A DNA stretch of 64,000 bases from Candidatus Faecivicinus sp. Its GTDB lineage: Bacteria > Bacillota > Clostridia > Christensenellales > Aristaeellaceae. The translations under genes and the position numbers were made by a program. The notes beneath the pieces were generated by a model that ran no database searches, was not told the origin of the DNA, and was given only the letters and a program-made list of their open reading frames with translations. The DNA lies in NCBI GenBank assembly GCA_051883655.1, contig JBJEUD010000085.1:3100-67099 (forward strand), given 5' to 3'. This document shows, one piece after another, positions 11,241 to 21,283 of the stretch (positions are counted from its first letter, which is position 1; every line of letters begins with the position of its first letter).

Positions 11241-12497
11241 CTACCGCACCTGGCCGCTGCCGTAGATGACGTACTTGTAGGTGGTCAGCTCCTCCAGACC
11301 CATCGGGCCGCGGGCATGCAGCTTCTGGGTGGAGATGCCCATTTCGCACCCCAGTCCGAACTCGCCGCCGTCGGTGAAGCGGGTGGAGCAGTTGACATAC
11401 ACCGCCGCGCTGTCCACGCCCGCGGTGAACGCCTGCTGCGCCGCCGCGTCGCGGGCGACAATGGCCTCGCTGTGGCCCGTGGAGTGGGCCGCGATATGAG
11501 CGATGGCCGCCTGCACGTCGCGGACCACCTTCACCGCAAGAATGTAGTCCAGAAACTCGGTGTCAAAGTCCGCCTCCCCGGCGGGCGTGCCCGGAATGAT
11601 CTCCGCCGCGCGCGCATCCAGGCGCAGCTCTACGGGCGTTTTGCCCGCAGCGGCGCGGTCGTCCGTCAGCAGCCTGTGCAGCTTCGGCAGGAACGCCGCC
11701 GCGATGTCCTCATGCACCAGGCAGACCTCCTCGGCATTGCACACCGACGGGCGGCTGGTTTTGGCGTTCTCGATGATCCGCAGCGCCATGTCCTGATCCG
11801 CAGAAGCGTCCACGTAGACGTGGCAGATGCCCGTGCCGGTCTGTATGCAGGGAACCTTGGCGTTCTGGGTGCAGGCGCGAATCAGCCCCGCGCCGCCCCG
11901 GGGAATCAGCAGGTCGATGAGTCCCACCGCAGTCATCAGCTCGTTTGCGCTCTGGCGGGAGGTATCCTGCACCAGCTGCACCAGCGCCTCCGGCAGTCCC
12001 ACCTGGGCGAGGCCCCTCTGCAGCGCCCGCACGATGGCGTTGGCCGACCGGAACGCCTCCTTGCCGCCGCGCAGGACGCAGGCATTTCCGCTCTTGACCG
12101 CCAGCGCCGCGGCGTCGCTGGTGACGTTGGGACGGCTCTCATAGATGATGGCGATCACGCCCATCGGCACGCCGGTCTTTTCAATCACCATGCCGTTGGG
12201 GCGCTCCACGCGGGAGATCACGCGGCCCACGGGATCGGGCAGCAGCGCCACCTGGCGCACGCCGTCGGCCATGCCCGCCACGCGCTCGGGCGTCAGGCGC
12301 AGGCGATCCAGCATCACCTCGGAGATATGATCCTTCGCAGCGTCGATGTCCTCCGCATTGGCGGCGAGAATTTCCGCCTGCGAGGCGATCAGCTGGTCCG
12401 CCATGGCGTTCAGCGCGGCGTTCTTCATCTGCGAATCTGCGGCGCTGAGCTTTGGCCAGGCCGCGCGGGCGGCCCTCATGATTTCCAATGTCGTCAT
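11241..12497 (-). CDS. proA: Glutamate-5-semialdehyde dehydrogenase (gamma-glutamyl phosphate reductase)
   Basis: Full-length ProA pattern: [43 protein letters not shown]. Confidence 0.95.
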   Translation of the reverse strand: MTTLEIMRAARAAWPKLSAADSQMKNAALNAMADQLIASQAEILAANAEDIDAAKDHISEVMLDRLRLTPERVAGMADGVRQVALLPDPVGRVISRVERPNGMVIEKTGVPMGVIAIIYESRPNVTSDAAALAVKSGNACVLRGGKEAFRSANAIVRALQRGLAQVGLPEALVQLVQDTSRQSANELMTAVGLIDLLIPRGGAGLIRACTQNAKVPCIQTGTGICHVYVDASADQDMALRIIENAKTSRPSVCNAEEVCLVHEDIAAAFLPKLHRLLTDDRAAAGKTPVELRLDARAAEIIPGTPAGEADFDTEFLDYILAVKVVRDVQAAIAHIAAHSTGHSEAIVARDAAAQQAFTAGVDSAAVYVNCSTRFTDGGEFGLGCEMGISTQKLHARGPMGLEELTTYKYVIYGSGQVR

Positions 12498-13267
12498 GCC
12501 TTTACCCTCCCAATGAACCGCGTGCCCACCGGCTTGCCGTCCAGAATTTCATAGATGATTTCGGGGCGCTCGCCGTTGGCGATGACCATGTCGATGCCCG
12601 CGTCGGTGACGCGTTTCGCCGCGCGCAGCTTGGTGACCATTCCGCCGGTGCCCAGCGCGGAGCCCTCCCCGCCGGCCAGCGCCATCACCTCGGGCGTCAG
12701 CGCCTCCACCACGGGAATCAGCTTCGCCTGCGGATCGGTTCTCGGGTTCGCGGTGTACAGTCCGTCGATATCCGACAGCAGGATCAGCAGCCCGGCGTCC
12801 ACGGTGGTGGCGACGATTGCGCCGAGGGTATCGTTGTCGCCGATGACGATCTCATCGGTGGCGACGGTGTCGTTTTCATTGATGACGGGCAGCGCACCCA
12901 GCTCCAGCAGGCGGAACATGGTATTGTGGAAGTGGGCGCGGCGGCCCTCGTCCTCCACGTCGCTGCCAGTGAGCAGCACCTGCGCCACCGTGTGGTTGTA
13001 CTGGGCAAACAGCCGGTCATAGGTGTACATCAGCTCGCACTGGCCAACGGCTGCGGCGGCCTGCTTGGTGGGGATATCCGTGGGGCGCTTGCTCAGCGAG
13101 AGCTTGCCCACGCCCATGCCGATCGCGCCCGACGATACGAGAATCACCTCATGTCCGGCATTCTTGACGTCGCTGAGCACCTTGCACAGCGTCTCCACGC
13201 GGCGGATGTTCATCCGGCCCGTGCTGTGCGCCAGCGTGGACGTTCCCACTTTGACGACAATTCTCAT
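12494..13267 (-). CDS. proB: Glutamate 5-kinase (short form without PUA domain)
   Basis: [14 protein letters not shown]..., [17 protein letters not shown] and [12 protein letters not shown]. The stop overlaps the proA start (ATGA). Confidence 0.93.
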   Translation of the reverse strand: MRIVVKVGTSTLAHSTGRMNIRRVETLCKVLSDVKNAGHEVILVSSGAIGMGVGKLSLSKRPTDIPTKQAAAAVGQCELMYTYDRLFAQYNHTVAQVLLTGSDVEDEGRRAHFHNTMFRLLELGALPVINENDTVATDEIVIGDNDTLGAIVATTVDAGLLILLSDIDGLYTANPRTDPQAKLIPVVEALTPEVMALAGGEGSALGTGGMVTKLRAAKRVTDAGIDMVIANGERPEIIYEILDGKPVGTRFIGRVKA

Positions 13268-13390
13268 GTTTCTCTCTCCTTATGCCACGCGCGCATCGCC
13301 GCGCCCGGCTGAATATCCGTTTCTCTTATGGAAATCCTAATTGCGCCTCAGTTCTCTGAGGCACTCAATGAATCAAAGGGGGAATTTCAC

Positions 13391-13597
13391 GTGGCGCTCA
13401 CTGAACTGCTTCAAAAGGATCCGGAAGCGATGGCGTTTTACCGCTCGCTGTACCCCTCGGTGCGCTCGGTCGTGGACCTGCACACCGAGGAGCTCGCCCG
13501 GAGCGAGGACCTCTATGCCCTCGCCAACAATGCCATGACCGAGGTTCTGCAGGTATACGGCGGCATCTACGACGACAGCACAAACCCGCCCGGCTGA
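13391..13597 (+). CDS. Small hypothetical protein (68 aa from GTG; the ATG at 13328 is possible but lacks an SD)
   Basis: Strong G/C third-position bias in this frame. AAGGGGGA SD lies 7 nt upstream of GTG 13391. No family recognised. Confidence 0.45.
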   Translation: MALTELLQKDPEAMAFYRSLYPSVRSVVDLHTEELARSEDLYALANNAMTEVLQVYGGIYDDSTNPPG

Positions 13598-13604
13598 TAT
13601 TTCG

Positions 13605-14183
13605 TCAGTCCGCAAAGCGATCCAGAATCCGCTGCCCCTCAATGGCGATGGCCTCGGCGTTGGGCGCCGGATAGTCCTTCGACATGGACTCCAGCGGCGT
13701 GCCGTTCAGTTCGGCCAGAAAGATCTGGATGCACGCGCTGTGCGTGACGACCAGCACATCCCCCTGGGCCTCCCGGAGAATGCCGAGCACCGCCCCGACA
13801 AACCGCGCCAGCACCTCGGCATAGGTCTCGCCGCCCGGCGGGCGGGTCTGCCTGCGGTGGGCATTCCAGACCGCATACAGCTCCGGCCAGCCCTCGGCGC
13901 TCTCCGGCCAGGTATGGCCCTCCCATTCGCCCAGGCCCATCTCCTGCAGTCCCGCGCGCGTCCGGCAATCGACGCCCAGGCGCCGGGCGACCAGCGCCGC
14001 CGTCTCCTTCGCGCGAAGCAATTCGCTGGTATACACGCGCACGATGGGTTCGCCGGCGAGCGCCTCCCCCAGCGCCCGGGCCTGCTGTACGCCCGCGGCG
14101 TTGAGGGGGATGTCGTTTCCGCCCTGGACCCACAGCCGGACGTTCCAGTCCGTCTGACCGTGCCTCGCAAACAGTACCCTCAT
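13605..14183 (-). CDS. Histidine phosphatase family protein (phosphoglycerate mutase/CobC-like)
   Basis: MRVLFARHGQTDWN (RHG motif) and a later HSACIQ histidine motif. Confidence 0.85.
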   Translation of the reverse strand: MRVLFARHGQTDWNVRLWVQGGNDIPLNAAGVQQARALGEALAGEPIVRVYTSELLRAKETAALVARRLGVDCRTRAGLQEMGLGEWEGHTWPESAEGWPELYAVWNAHRRQTRPPGGETYAEVLARFVGAVLGILREAQGDVLVVTHSACIQIFLAELNGTPLESMSKDYPAPNAEAIAIEGQRILDRFAD

Positions 14184-14197
14184 ATCGCGCCCTCGTT

Positions 14198-14956
14198 TCA
14201 GCCGTTGTTGATCTCGCAGAGCTCCAGCGCAGTATCCTGAATCAGCCGTTCAAACCGGGGCACATCCACCTCGTTGGACAGCATGCACACCACAAAGGGG
14301 CGCTTCGCGAAGATCACGCCCACATCGTGGGTGATCCCGTCGTCCTCTCCGGTCTTGTGCGCCAGCCGGATGCCCCGGCTGTGCAGATAGAACGGCAGCT
14401 TGCCGTTGAGGCGCTGATTCATCAGGATGTCCAGCATCCCGCGGTCCGCCTCGCCGCCCAGCAGCCCGTCCTGTGCCATCCGCGCCAGAAGCTCGCCGAT
14501 TCCCCGCGCGGTGACGGTGTTTTCAATGCCCTGCCGGGACTTCTCCGCGTCGAACAGCTTTCTCCTCAGGCGGATTCCGGGAATCCCCAGCTCCGCCATG
14601 GTCTGGTTGACGCGGTCGATCCCAAGGCGATCGATCATCAGGTTCGTGGCGGTGTTGTCGCTCAGGATGATCATCAGCGTGATCAGATCCATCGCGCTCA
14701 CCTTCAGCCCATCGTGCATGTAGGTCAGCGCGCCGCAGGAGGGCATCTTCGCCTCCGGGCGAATCTCGACCATCTCGCCCGGGTCCAGCGTTCCCGCCTG
14801 AATGCTGCGGAACGCCTCCACCATGATGGGAATCTTGATGACGCTGGCGGCCACCAGGGGCAGATCCGCCTGATACTCCACCGCTGTTTGGCCCAAAGGG
14901 CAATAATAAAAGCCAACTCGCCCCGGCATTTCCCGGATTCGCTCAAGACAGTTCAT
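14198..14956 (-). CDS. Class A beta-lactamase-related serine hydrolase, no signal peptide
   Basis: All three class-A motifs are present in order: SVIK (SxxK), SDN, KTG. The N-terminus MNCLERIREMPGRVGFYY is not a signal peptide. Confidence 0.8.
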   Translation of the reverse strand: MNCLERIREMPGRVGFYYCPLGQTAVEYQADLPLVAASVIKIPIMVEAFRSIQAGTLDPGEMVEIRPEAKMPSCGALTYMHDGLKVSAMDLITLMIILSDNTATNLMIDRLGIDRVNQTMAELGIPGIRLRRKLFDAEKSRQGIENTVTARGIGELLARMAQDGLLGGEADRGMLDILMNQRLNGKLPFYLHSRGIRLAHKTGEDDGITHDVGVIFAKRPFVVCMLSNEVDVPRFERLIQDTALELCEINNG

Positions 14957-14968
14957 GGCCCATTCTCC

Positions 14969-16612
14969 TCATCCGTTCAGATATTCCAATCCCCGGAACA
15001 CGTTCATGGCGCGAATGCCGGACAATCCGCCCAGCGACCGGGTGGACAGCACGGTGCCCGCCCGGAACAGCAGGCCCATGATGGGCAGGTCCTCCACCAG
15101 CTTCAGCTGAATCTGGCTGTACACCTGCTTCATGCTGGCTTCATCTGCCGCAATGGCCGTCTGTGAAACCAGCGCGGACATGGTCGCGTCGCTGTAATTG
15201 TTGAAGTTCAGATCGCCGCCCGATCCCAGCAGCTCCACCAGCACGGGCACTTCGCTGAGATTCACGCCGATGAGCGCCAGATCGTATTCCCCGTTCTTCA
15301 GCCGCTTCTTCAGTGCATCCCTTTCCAGCACCTCAACGGTGGTCTTCACGCCGACCGTGTTCAGATAGCCCGCGATCAGGTTCGCCGCATTTTCGCGGAT
15401 CGAGGAGGTGGCGTCGTTGTAGGTGATGATGTTCATCGTCAGCTCCTGCCGCTTGATGCCCTCCAGCTTGTCCAGGATCATGTCGCCGGTCAGGTCCTTC
15501 CATCCGGCCTCATTGAGCAGCTGCAGCGCGCGCTCCGGGCTGTAATAGTACTGCGCGCTCTGACTTTCGTAGAGCCAGGTTCCCGGCAGAATGGGCACCT
15601 CGCTCTGGATGGCCATGTCCAGATAGGCGTTGCTCGCAATCACCGACCGGTCGATGGCGTACATCACCGCCTGCCGCACCTTGACATTGGACAGCTCGGA
15701 GCTGGAGCTCAGATTCGGCACCAGCATCTCATAGGTCGTGGTGCCGTAGTCCATCGACGTCAGGTTGGACAGCTTGCGGCAGATGGCCGCATTGCTGCTC
15801 CGCGTGGACAGCATCTCCACCCGGTTGGTCTGCAGGCCCTCGATTGCGCTGCCGGAGGAATCGTAGCGGCAGAAGGTGATGGAGTTCAGCGTGGGCGCCT
15901 GCTTCCACCACAGTGGGTTGGCCTCGATGCGCACGGCGCTGTCGATATCGTAGCGCACGTACCAGTACGGGCCGGTGCCGCGCGGCATGTCGTCGTACAG
16001 CGTGGACGTCTCGACCACCGGGAAGTTCATCGCGTAGAGCGTGATGTATCCGGCGTAGTTGCCCTCCACCGCCAGCGTGCGGTCGTCGATGGCCTGCATG
16101 CGGGAGACGAGCTGCTTCAGCCGGGCCGTATAGGGATTGTCGTCCTCGTCCATCGAGATGAACAGCTCATAGGTCGCCTGCACGTCGTAGGCCGTCAGCG
16201 CGACGCCATTGTGGAAGGTGATGCCGTTGCGCAGGGTGAACTTCCACAGCTTGCCCTGATGCTCCCAGTTGTCTGCCAGCATCGGCGAGGGCTTCTGATT
16301 TTCATCCAGCGCCACCAGCGGCTCGAACACCAGCTGGTTCAGGCTCACCAGATCCCACTCGTTGCACAGAAACGGATTCAGCTTCGCATTGGACTGCGCC
16401 ACATAGCCAATCAGGAGATCGGCGTCGAACACGTCCATCTGCTGCTCCGCGGCCTCCTGCTCGACCTGCGCTTCGTCGATTGCGCTGAAATCGCCCGCCA
16501 GATCGCCGGCGAGCTCGCCCTCCTCCGCGACTGCCGCCGCAGTCAGCATCAGCGCCAGCAAAAGCGCCAGCATGGATCGAATCTTACGCATAGATCTTTT
16601 CATATTCCTCAT
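14969..16612 (-). CDS. ABC transporter substrate-binding protein, family 5 (peptide/nickel type), orphan
   Basis: Signal peptide MRKIRSMLALLLALMLTAAAVA and family-5 solute-binding protein (SBP) architecture of about 540 aa. No permease or ATPase genes are adjacent. The start is uncertain (16612, 16603 or 16591). Confidence 0.8.
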   Translation of the reverse strand: MRNMKRSMRKIRSMLALLLALMLTAAAVAEEGELAGDLAGDFSAIDEAQVEQEAAEQQMDVFDADLLIGYVAQSNAKLNPFLCNEWDLVSLNQLVFEPLVALDENQKPSPMLADNWEHQGKLWKFTLRNGITFHNGVALTAYDVQATYELFISMDEDDNPYTARLKQLVSRMQAIDDRTLAVEGNYAGYITLYAMNFPVVETSTLYDDMPRGTGPYWYVRYDIDSAVRIEANPLWWKQAPTLNSITFCRYDSSGSAIEGLQTNRVEMLSTRSSNAAICRKLSNLTSMDYGTTTYEMLVPNLSSSSELSNVKVRQAVMYAIDRSVIASNAYLDMAIQSEVPILPGTWLYESQSAQYYYSPERALQLLNEAGWKDLTGDMILDKLEGIKRQELTMNIITYNDATSSIRENAANLIAGYLNTVGVKTTVEVLERDALKKRLKNGEYDLALIGVNLSEVPVLVELLGSGGDLNFNNYSDATMSALVSQTAIAADEASMKQVYSQIQLKLVEDLPIMGLLFRAGTVLSTRSLGGLSGIRAMNVFRGLEYLNG

Positions 16613-17288
16613 AGTACTTCAATATTCGGCTCACATAGGTCCGGGTCGCGTCCGATGGAATGGTATCCAGCGTCTTGCCGTCGGCGCTGTACTCGGGGTT
16701 TTCCAGCCACTGATCCACCGTGCCCTGCCCCTGATGGTAGGCCGAGGAGGCGCAGCGCATGTCGCCGTCATAGCGGCGCATGAGAAATCCAAGATACCAG
16801 CAGCCATAGCGGATGTTGGTCTCCGGATCGAACAGGCAGCCCTCCGCGTAGGTCTCGTCGAACTTGCCGGAGATCCATTCCCCGGTGGACGGCAGCAGCT
16901 GCATCAGTCCCTGCGCGTTCACGCTGGAGACCGCCTCGGGGCGGTAGCTGGACTCCGCCAGGATCACCGACGCCACATAGGCCGGCTCCAGGTCGTTTTC
17001 CGCCGCATACTGCCGGATCAGCGCCTCATACTCCACCGGATAGGTGGTGATCGTCGTCCCGGGCTGGCGCTCCCACAGCAGCCACACGCCCAGTCCGCCG
17101 ATGCCGAGCACCAGCACCGCGATCATCAGCGCCCCAACGATCTTCAGCCCTACGCGGGCGCGGCGCTGAGCGCGCCTCCTTCCCCGGTTCTGAGGCCGTC
17201 TTTGCGCGCTCCCGTTCCGCTGGGAAGTCCTGGGGCGGCCTGCCCCGGATTCACTGCGTCGTTCACCCATCTTTCTTTCGTTTGCCAT
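16584..17288 (-). CDS. Lytic transglycosylase (SLT domain), membrane anchored
   Basis: Basic N-terminus plus a TM helix, then the SLT motif AESSYRPEAVSSVNAQGLMQLLPSTG. Confidence 0.85.
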   Translation of the reverse strand: MANERKMGERRSESGAGRPRTSQRNGSAQRRPQNRGRRRAQRRARVGLKIVGALMIAVLVLGIGGLGVWLLWERQPGTTITTYPVEYEALIRQYAAENDLEPAYVASVILAESSYRPEAVSSVNAQGLMQLLPSTGEWISGKFDETYAEGCLFDPETNIRYGCWYLGFLMRRYDGDMRCASSAYHQGQGTVDQWLENPEYSADGKTLDTIPSDATRTYVSRILKYYEEYEKIYA

Positions 17289-17304
17289 TCGTTCCTCCCG
17301 GAAT

Positions 17305-17919
17305 TCAGTCGAGTCGCTTGAGGAGCTGCTGATACAGCGCCGTCAGCTCCGATTGCGTGCGATCGATCGACCGATCTGTATTGATTGTTCTCGTCGCCTT
17401 CGCGCTGCGCTCCTCCGCGGACATCTGGCTGTCGATGCGCGCCTGCGCCTGTTCAGCCGTGAGCCCCCGGGACATCACGCGAATCAGCTGGGTCTCCGCG
17501 CCGGCCGTGACCGCCCAGGTCTCATCGCACAGCACGTCCATCCCCGTCTCAAACAGCAGCGGCACATCCAGCACCACCACCCGCTCGCCGCGCTCGCCGG
17601 CCTCCTGAATCTCCGACAGCACGCGCCGCTGCACCAGCGGATGGATGATTCCCTCCAACGCCCGGCGATGGGCCGCGGATTCGAACACGATCTGTCCCAG
17701 CGCGGCGCGGTCAAGGGAGCCGTCGGCATTGAACACGTCGTCGCCAAAGCGATCGCGAATGGCGGGCAGCGCCTCGCCGCCCGGCGCAGTCAGCTCGCGC
17801 GAAATCGCATCCGCATCCACATGGGCAGCGCCCAGGCCCTTCAGCCAGGCTGCCGCCATGGACTTCCCGCAGCCAATGCCGCCCGTCAGGCCCAGAATAA
17901 AGGGTTTATTTGCAAGCAC
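17305..17919 (-). CDS. coaE: Dephospho-CoA kinase
   Basis: ILGLTGGIGCGKS P-loop and 204-aa length. Lies directly downstream of polA, as in many bacteria. Confidence 0.92.
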   Translation of the reverse strand: MLANKPFILGLTGGIGCGKSMAAAWLKGLGAAHVDADAISRELTAPGGEALPAIRDRFGDDVFNADGSLDRAALGQIVFESAAHRRALEGIIHPLVQRRVLSEIQEAGERGERVVVLDVPLLFETGMDVLCDETWAVTAGAETQLIRVMSRGLTAEQAQARIDSQMSAEERSAKATRTINTDRSIDRTQSELTALYQQLLKRLD

Positions 17920-20485
17920 GCCAGTCGCCTCCCGTGGATATGTCCGTCCTGAGCGGTACCTTCAGCGTCACAACATTCTCCATGCAATCCCTCAGCAGCG
18001 CCTGCACGGACTCCACCTCATTCGCCGGCGCCTCGATGATCAGTTCATCGTGCACCTGCAAAATGAGCTTTGCCTGCAGCCCCTGTTCCTTCAGCGCCTT
18101 TGCCACCGCGACCATCGCCAGCTTGATGATGTCTGCCGCAGTTCCCTGGATGGGGCTGTTCATCGCGCAGCGCTCGCCGAAGGCGCGCAGGTTGTAGTTC
18201 GAGCTGGTCAGCTCCGGCAGATACCGGCGGCGGCCCATCATGGTGGTGACGTATCCCTTCTCGCGCCCCTCGGCCACCGCGCCGTCCATGTAGCGCTTCA
18301 CGCCGGGATAGCGCTCGAAGTAGCGCTCGATGAACGCCTTCGCCTCGGCACGGCTGACGGAGATGTTCTTCGCCAGCGTGAAATCGGAAATGCCGTAGAC
18401 GATGCCGAAGTTGACCGCCTTGGAGGCCGATCGCATCGCGCCGGTCACGCTGTCCAGCGGCACACCGTAGACCTCCGCCGCCGTGCGCGCATGGATGTCC
18501 TGTCCCTCCCGGAAGGCCTCGCACATGGTCTCGTCGCCGGAGATGTGCGCCAGCACGCGAAGTTCAATCTGCGAATAGTCCGCGTCCACCAGCACGCAGC
18601 CCGGCTTTGCCACGAACGCCCGGCGAATCTCCCGGCCCAGCTCCGTGCGCACGGGGATGTTCTGCAGATTGGGCTCCGCAGAGCTGATGCGGCCCGTGGC
18701 CGTGGCCACCTGATCGAACCGGGTGTGGATGCGGCCGTTTGCGTCGCGCATCACCAGCAGCGACTCAATATAGGTCGATTCCAGCTTCTGATACTTCCGG
18801 TATTCCAGAATCTTTGCGCAGATGGGATAGTCCTCCGCCAGATGCTCCAGCACCTCCGCGCTGGTGGAATAGCCGCGGGAGGTCTTCTTCGGCGCGGGCA
18901 GTCCCATGCGATCGAACAGCATCTCGCCCAGCTGCTTCGGCGAATTCAGATTGATTCGCTCGCCCGCCAGCCCGGCAATCTCGTCCACCAGCTCGGCGAT
19001 GCGCGCGCGGAAGGTCTTTCCCAGCTCCTCGAGCGCGTCCGCGTCCACCAGGAAGCCCTCGCGCTCCATGTCCCGCAGCACATAGGCCAGCGGCAGCTCC
19101 ACATCGCGATAGATGCCCTCCAGATCATTCTCCTTCAGCTGCTCCTGCTGGCGCAGGCTCAGCTCCCGCAGCGCCGTGGCCGGGTGCTGGCCGAAGCCGT
19201 CCACGCCCTCCTCCTCGCACAGCGCTTCCGCCGCAAAGGACGGCCGCTGGGGATTGAGCGCATAGGCCGCGAGCATCACGTCCGCAATCGGGCCGCGAAT
19301 CCGCTCCAGATCGACCGGAAGCGATTTGATGTCGTGCAATATCTTCCCGCAGTCCGCCTCCAGCAGCGGAAGCGCCGCCGACATGCACTCCTCTTCGGTC
19401 ACGCCCGCCGACAGCAGATCTCCGCCCAGATGCACGCACAGCCGGGCGGTATCGGTGGCCACCGTGAAGTCCGCTCCAACGCACATCGCCGCCCATTGCG
19501 CCGACTTCGCCAGCGCCTCGCAGCGCGCGCGCAGCGCCTTTGCATCGGGAAGCTGCTCGATCTCCGGCAGATCCGTCCGGGGCGCGGGTTCCGCCGCGAT
19601 TGTCTGCGGCGAGAAGCGCTTCGCCACCTCGGTCACGCGCTTGATGACGGCGTTCATCCGAAGCTCGCGCAAGCGCGGCAGTCCGCCGCCCACGTCGCCC
19701 AGCTTCAGATCGTCAAAGCGGAACGAAATCGGCGCGGCGCGGTCGATCGTCGCCAGCTCCTTGCTCAGCATGGCCAGATCGCGGTGCTCCATCAGCCGCT
19801 CGCGCAGCTTGCCCTTCTGCTCGGTCTCCGCGCGGCCGAGCACCTCCTCAAGGCATCCGTACTGCGCGATCAGCTTCAGCGCGGTCTTTTCGCCCACGCC
19901 CGGCACGCCGGGGATGTTGTCCGACGCATCGCCCATCAATCCCTTGACGTCGATGAGCTGCGCCGGCGCAAGGCCGTAGGTCTCTGCAATATATTCCGGC
20001 GTCACGCGCACGGTGTCGGTGATACCCTTCTTCGTATAGAGAATGGAGGTCATTTTGCCCACGAGCTGGAAGGAATCCCGATCGCCGGTGACCAGCACTG
20101 CCTCCCGGCCTTCCCGCTCGCACGCGGCAGAGACCGTTCCCAGAATGTCGTCGGCCTCATAGCCCTCCAGCTCCAGGATCGGGATGTGCATCAGGCCGAT
20201 CAGCTCGCGAATGATCGGGTCCTGCGCGCGCAGCTCATCGGGCATGGGCTTGCGCGTGCCCTTGTAATCCGCATAGCGCTGATGGCGCAGCGTGGGCGCG
20301 TGCACATCGAAAGCCACCGCCAGGCACTCCGGCTGCTCCTCCTCGATGACCTTCATCAGCATCATCATAAAGCCGTGCACGGCGTTTGTCGGCGTGCCGT
20401 CCGGCGCGGTCATCGGCGCCTGCAGGCCGTGGAAGGCCCTGTACATCAGGCTGTATCCGTCCAGCAAAACGATCTTTCCGGCCAT
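17906..20485 (-). CDS. polA: DNA polymerase I
   Basis: 5-prime nuclease N-terminus MAGKIVLLDGYSLMYRAFHG and polymerase motifs DYSQIELRVLAH, RRAAKAVNFGIVYG-like (RSASKAVNFGIVYG) and QVHDEL. AAGGAGGA SD lies upstream of the ATG at 20485; the track ORF start 20767 is an upstream extension. Confidence 0.96.
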   Translation of the reverse strand: MAGKIVLLDGYSLMYRAFHGLQAPMTAPDGTPTNAVHGFMMMLMKVIEEEQPECLAVAFDVHAPTLRHQRYADYKGTRKPMPDELRAQDPIIRELIGLMHIPILELEGYEADDILGTVSAACEREGREAVLVTGDRDSFQLVGKMTSILYTKKGITDTVRVTPEYIAETYGLAPAQLIDVKGLMGDASDNIPGVPGVGEKTALKLIAQYGCLEEVLGRAETEQKGKLRERLMEHRDLAMLSKELATIDRAAPISFRFDDLKLGDVGGGLPRLRELRMNAVIKRVTEVAKRFSPQTIAAEPAPRTDLPEIEQLPDAKALRARCEALAKSAQWAAMCVGADFTVATDTARLCVHLGGDLLSAGVTEEECMSAALPLLEADCGKILHDIKSLPVDLERIRGPIADVMLAAYALNPQRPSFAAEALCEEEGVDGFGQHPATALRELSLRQQEQLKENDLEGIYRDVELPLAYVLRDMEREGFLVDADALEELGKTFRARIAELVDEIAGLAGERINLNSPKQLGEMLFDRMGLPAPKKTSRGYSTSAEVLEHLAEDYPICAKILEYRKYQKLESTYIESLLVMRDANGRIHTRFDQVATATGRISSAEPNLQNIPVRTELGREIRRAFVAKPGCVLVDADYSQIELRVLAHISGDETMCEAFREGQDIHARTAAEVYGVPLDSVTGAMRSASKAVNFGIVYGISDFTLAKNISVSRAEAKAFIERYFERYPGVKRYMDGAVAEGREKGYVTTMMGRRRYLPELTSSNYNLRAFGERCAMNSPIQGTAADIIKLAMVAVAKALKEQGLQAKLILQVHDELIIEAPANEVESVQALLRDCMENVVTLKVPLRTDISTGGDWRACK

Positions 20486-20586
20486 CGAATTGTCCTCCTT
20501 CATAACTACCCATTTTATTATACCAGATTCTATGCAAAAATACAAATAAACCCCTGTGTCGGGAATGTGAAAAAAGAAAATGGATA

Positions 20587-20615
20587 TGGACAGTCTTGCC
20601 TGCGCATGGTATGAT
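20587..20615 (+). promoter_or_regulatory. Sigma-A-like promoter with extended -10
   Basis: TGGACA (20587-20592), 17-nt spacer ending in TGG, TATGAT (20610-20615). Confidence 0.5.
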
Positions 20616-20660
20616 AAATAGGAGGATGCCCTCCATCCCGCAAAACTGCTGAGGTGAACT

Positions 20661-21131
20661 ATGAAAAAGCTGAACATCATCCTGCTGGTCGTGCTCATTC
20701 TGCTGGTCGCCTTTGTGGCGTACTTCTTCATTGGCGGCACGCTGCAGGCGCAGCCCCAGGCGGCCACCGCCCCCGCCGCCGACCATCCCGAAGCCTTTGC
20801 TTCGATTCAAAACATCCTGTCCTCCGGCGCCGCGCCGAGGCAATTTGCGGAGCTTCCCGCCAGCGCCGACGGCTGCACGCTGGCAGACGTCACGATCACG
20901 CTGTCCAACTACGGCCTGTTCGACGCGGAGTGGATTGACGTCTCCGTGACCCCCGCCGACGGGGACATCGCCGTGTACTCGCTGACGGGCGAGGCCTCCT
21001 CCCTTCCCGCCCGCTCCACCGGCCAGATCAACCTGAAGCTGATCACCACCGCCGCTCCCGGCGTTCAGCGAACCGTGGAGATCCACTACTACATCTTCGG
21101 CATGCTGCGCTCCATCTCGCTGACGATTTGA
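20661..21131 (+). CDS. Hypothetical membrane-anchored protein
   Basis: N-terminal TM helix MKKLNIILLVVLILLVAFVAYFFIGG, then a soluble part of about 120 aa. Has its own promoter and terminator. No family recognised. Confidence 0.55.
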   Translation: MKKLNIILLVVLILLVAFVAYFFIGGTLQAQPQAATAPAADHPEAFASIQNILSSGAAPRQFAELPASADGCTLADVTITLSNYGLFDAEWIDVSVTPADGDIAVYSLTGEASSLPARSTGQINLKLITTAAPGVQRTVEIHYYIFGMLRSISLTI

Positions 21132-21150
21132 CGCGCGCCCTTTCCGACAG

Positions 21151-21189
21151 AACAGCTCCCGCAGGACATCGTCCCGCGGGAGCTGTTTT
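21151..21189 (+). terminator. Rho-independent terminator
   Basis: aacagctcccgc / gcgggagctgtt stem with an inner GGAC/GTCC pairing, followed by TTTT. Confidence 0.75.
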
Positions 21190-21205
21190 ATGGAGTCACT
21201 CATTC

Positions 21206-21248
21206 ATAAAAATGCGCTGCCGAACGCAATCGGTTCGGCAGCGCATTT
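21206..21248 (-). terminator. Rho-independent terminator closing the CotH/VTC/DUF4956/LTD operon
   Basis: aaatgcgctgccgaac / gttcggcagcgcattt stem. On the minus strand it is followed by TTTTTAT. Confidence 0.75.
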
Positions 21249-21283
21249 CGCTTTGGAGCGCCGCGCGCGCAATTCTGCGGCGA

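Noticed and set aside
13268-13604. Possible proline T-box leader upstream of proBA, as in Bacillus.
   Set aside because: I read the minus-strand sense sequence and found no T-box core (..GGUGGUACCGCG..), only a short CCTCAG-agaa-CTGAGG hairpin. The region is better explained by a plus-strand small CDS.
17645-20614. 989-aa plus-strand ORF.
   Set aside because: It is antisense to polA and coaE and has the same arginine/alanine/histidine-rich artefact composition. polA motifs on the minus strand explain the region.
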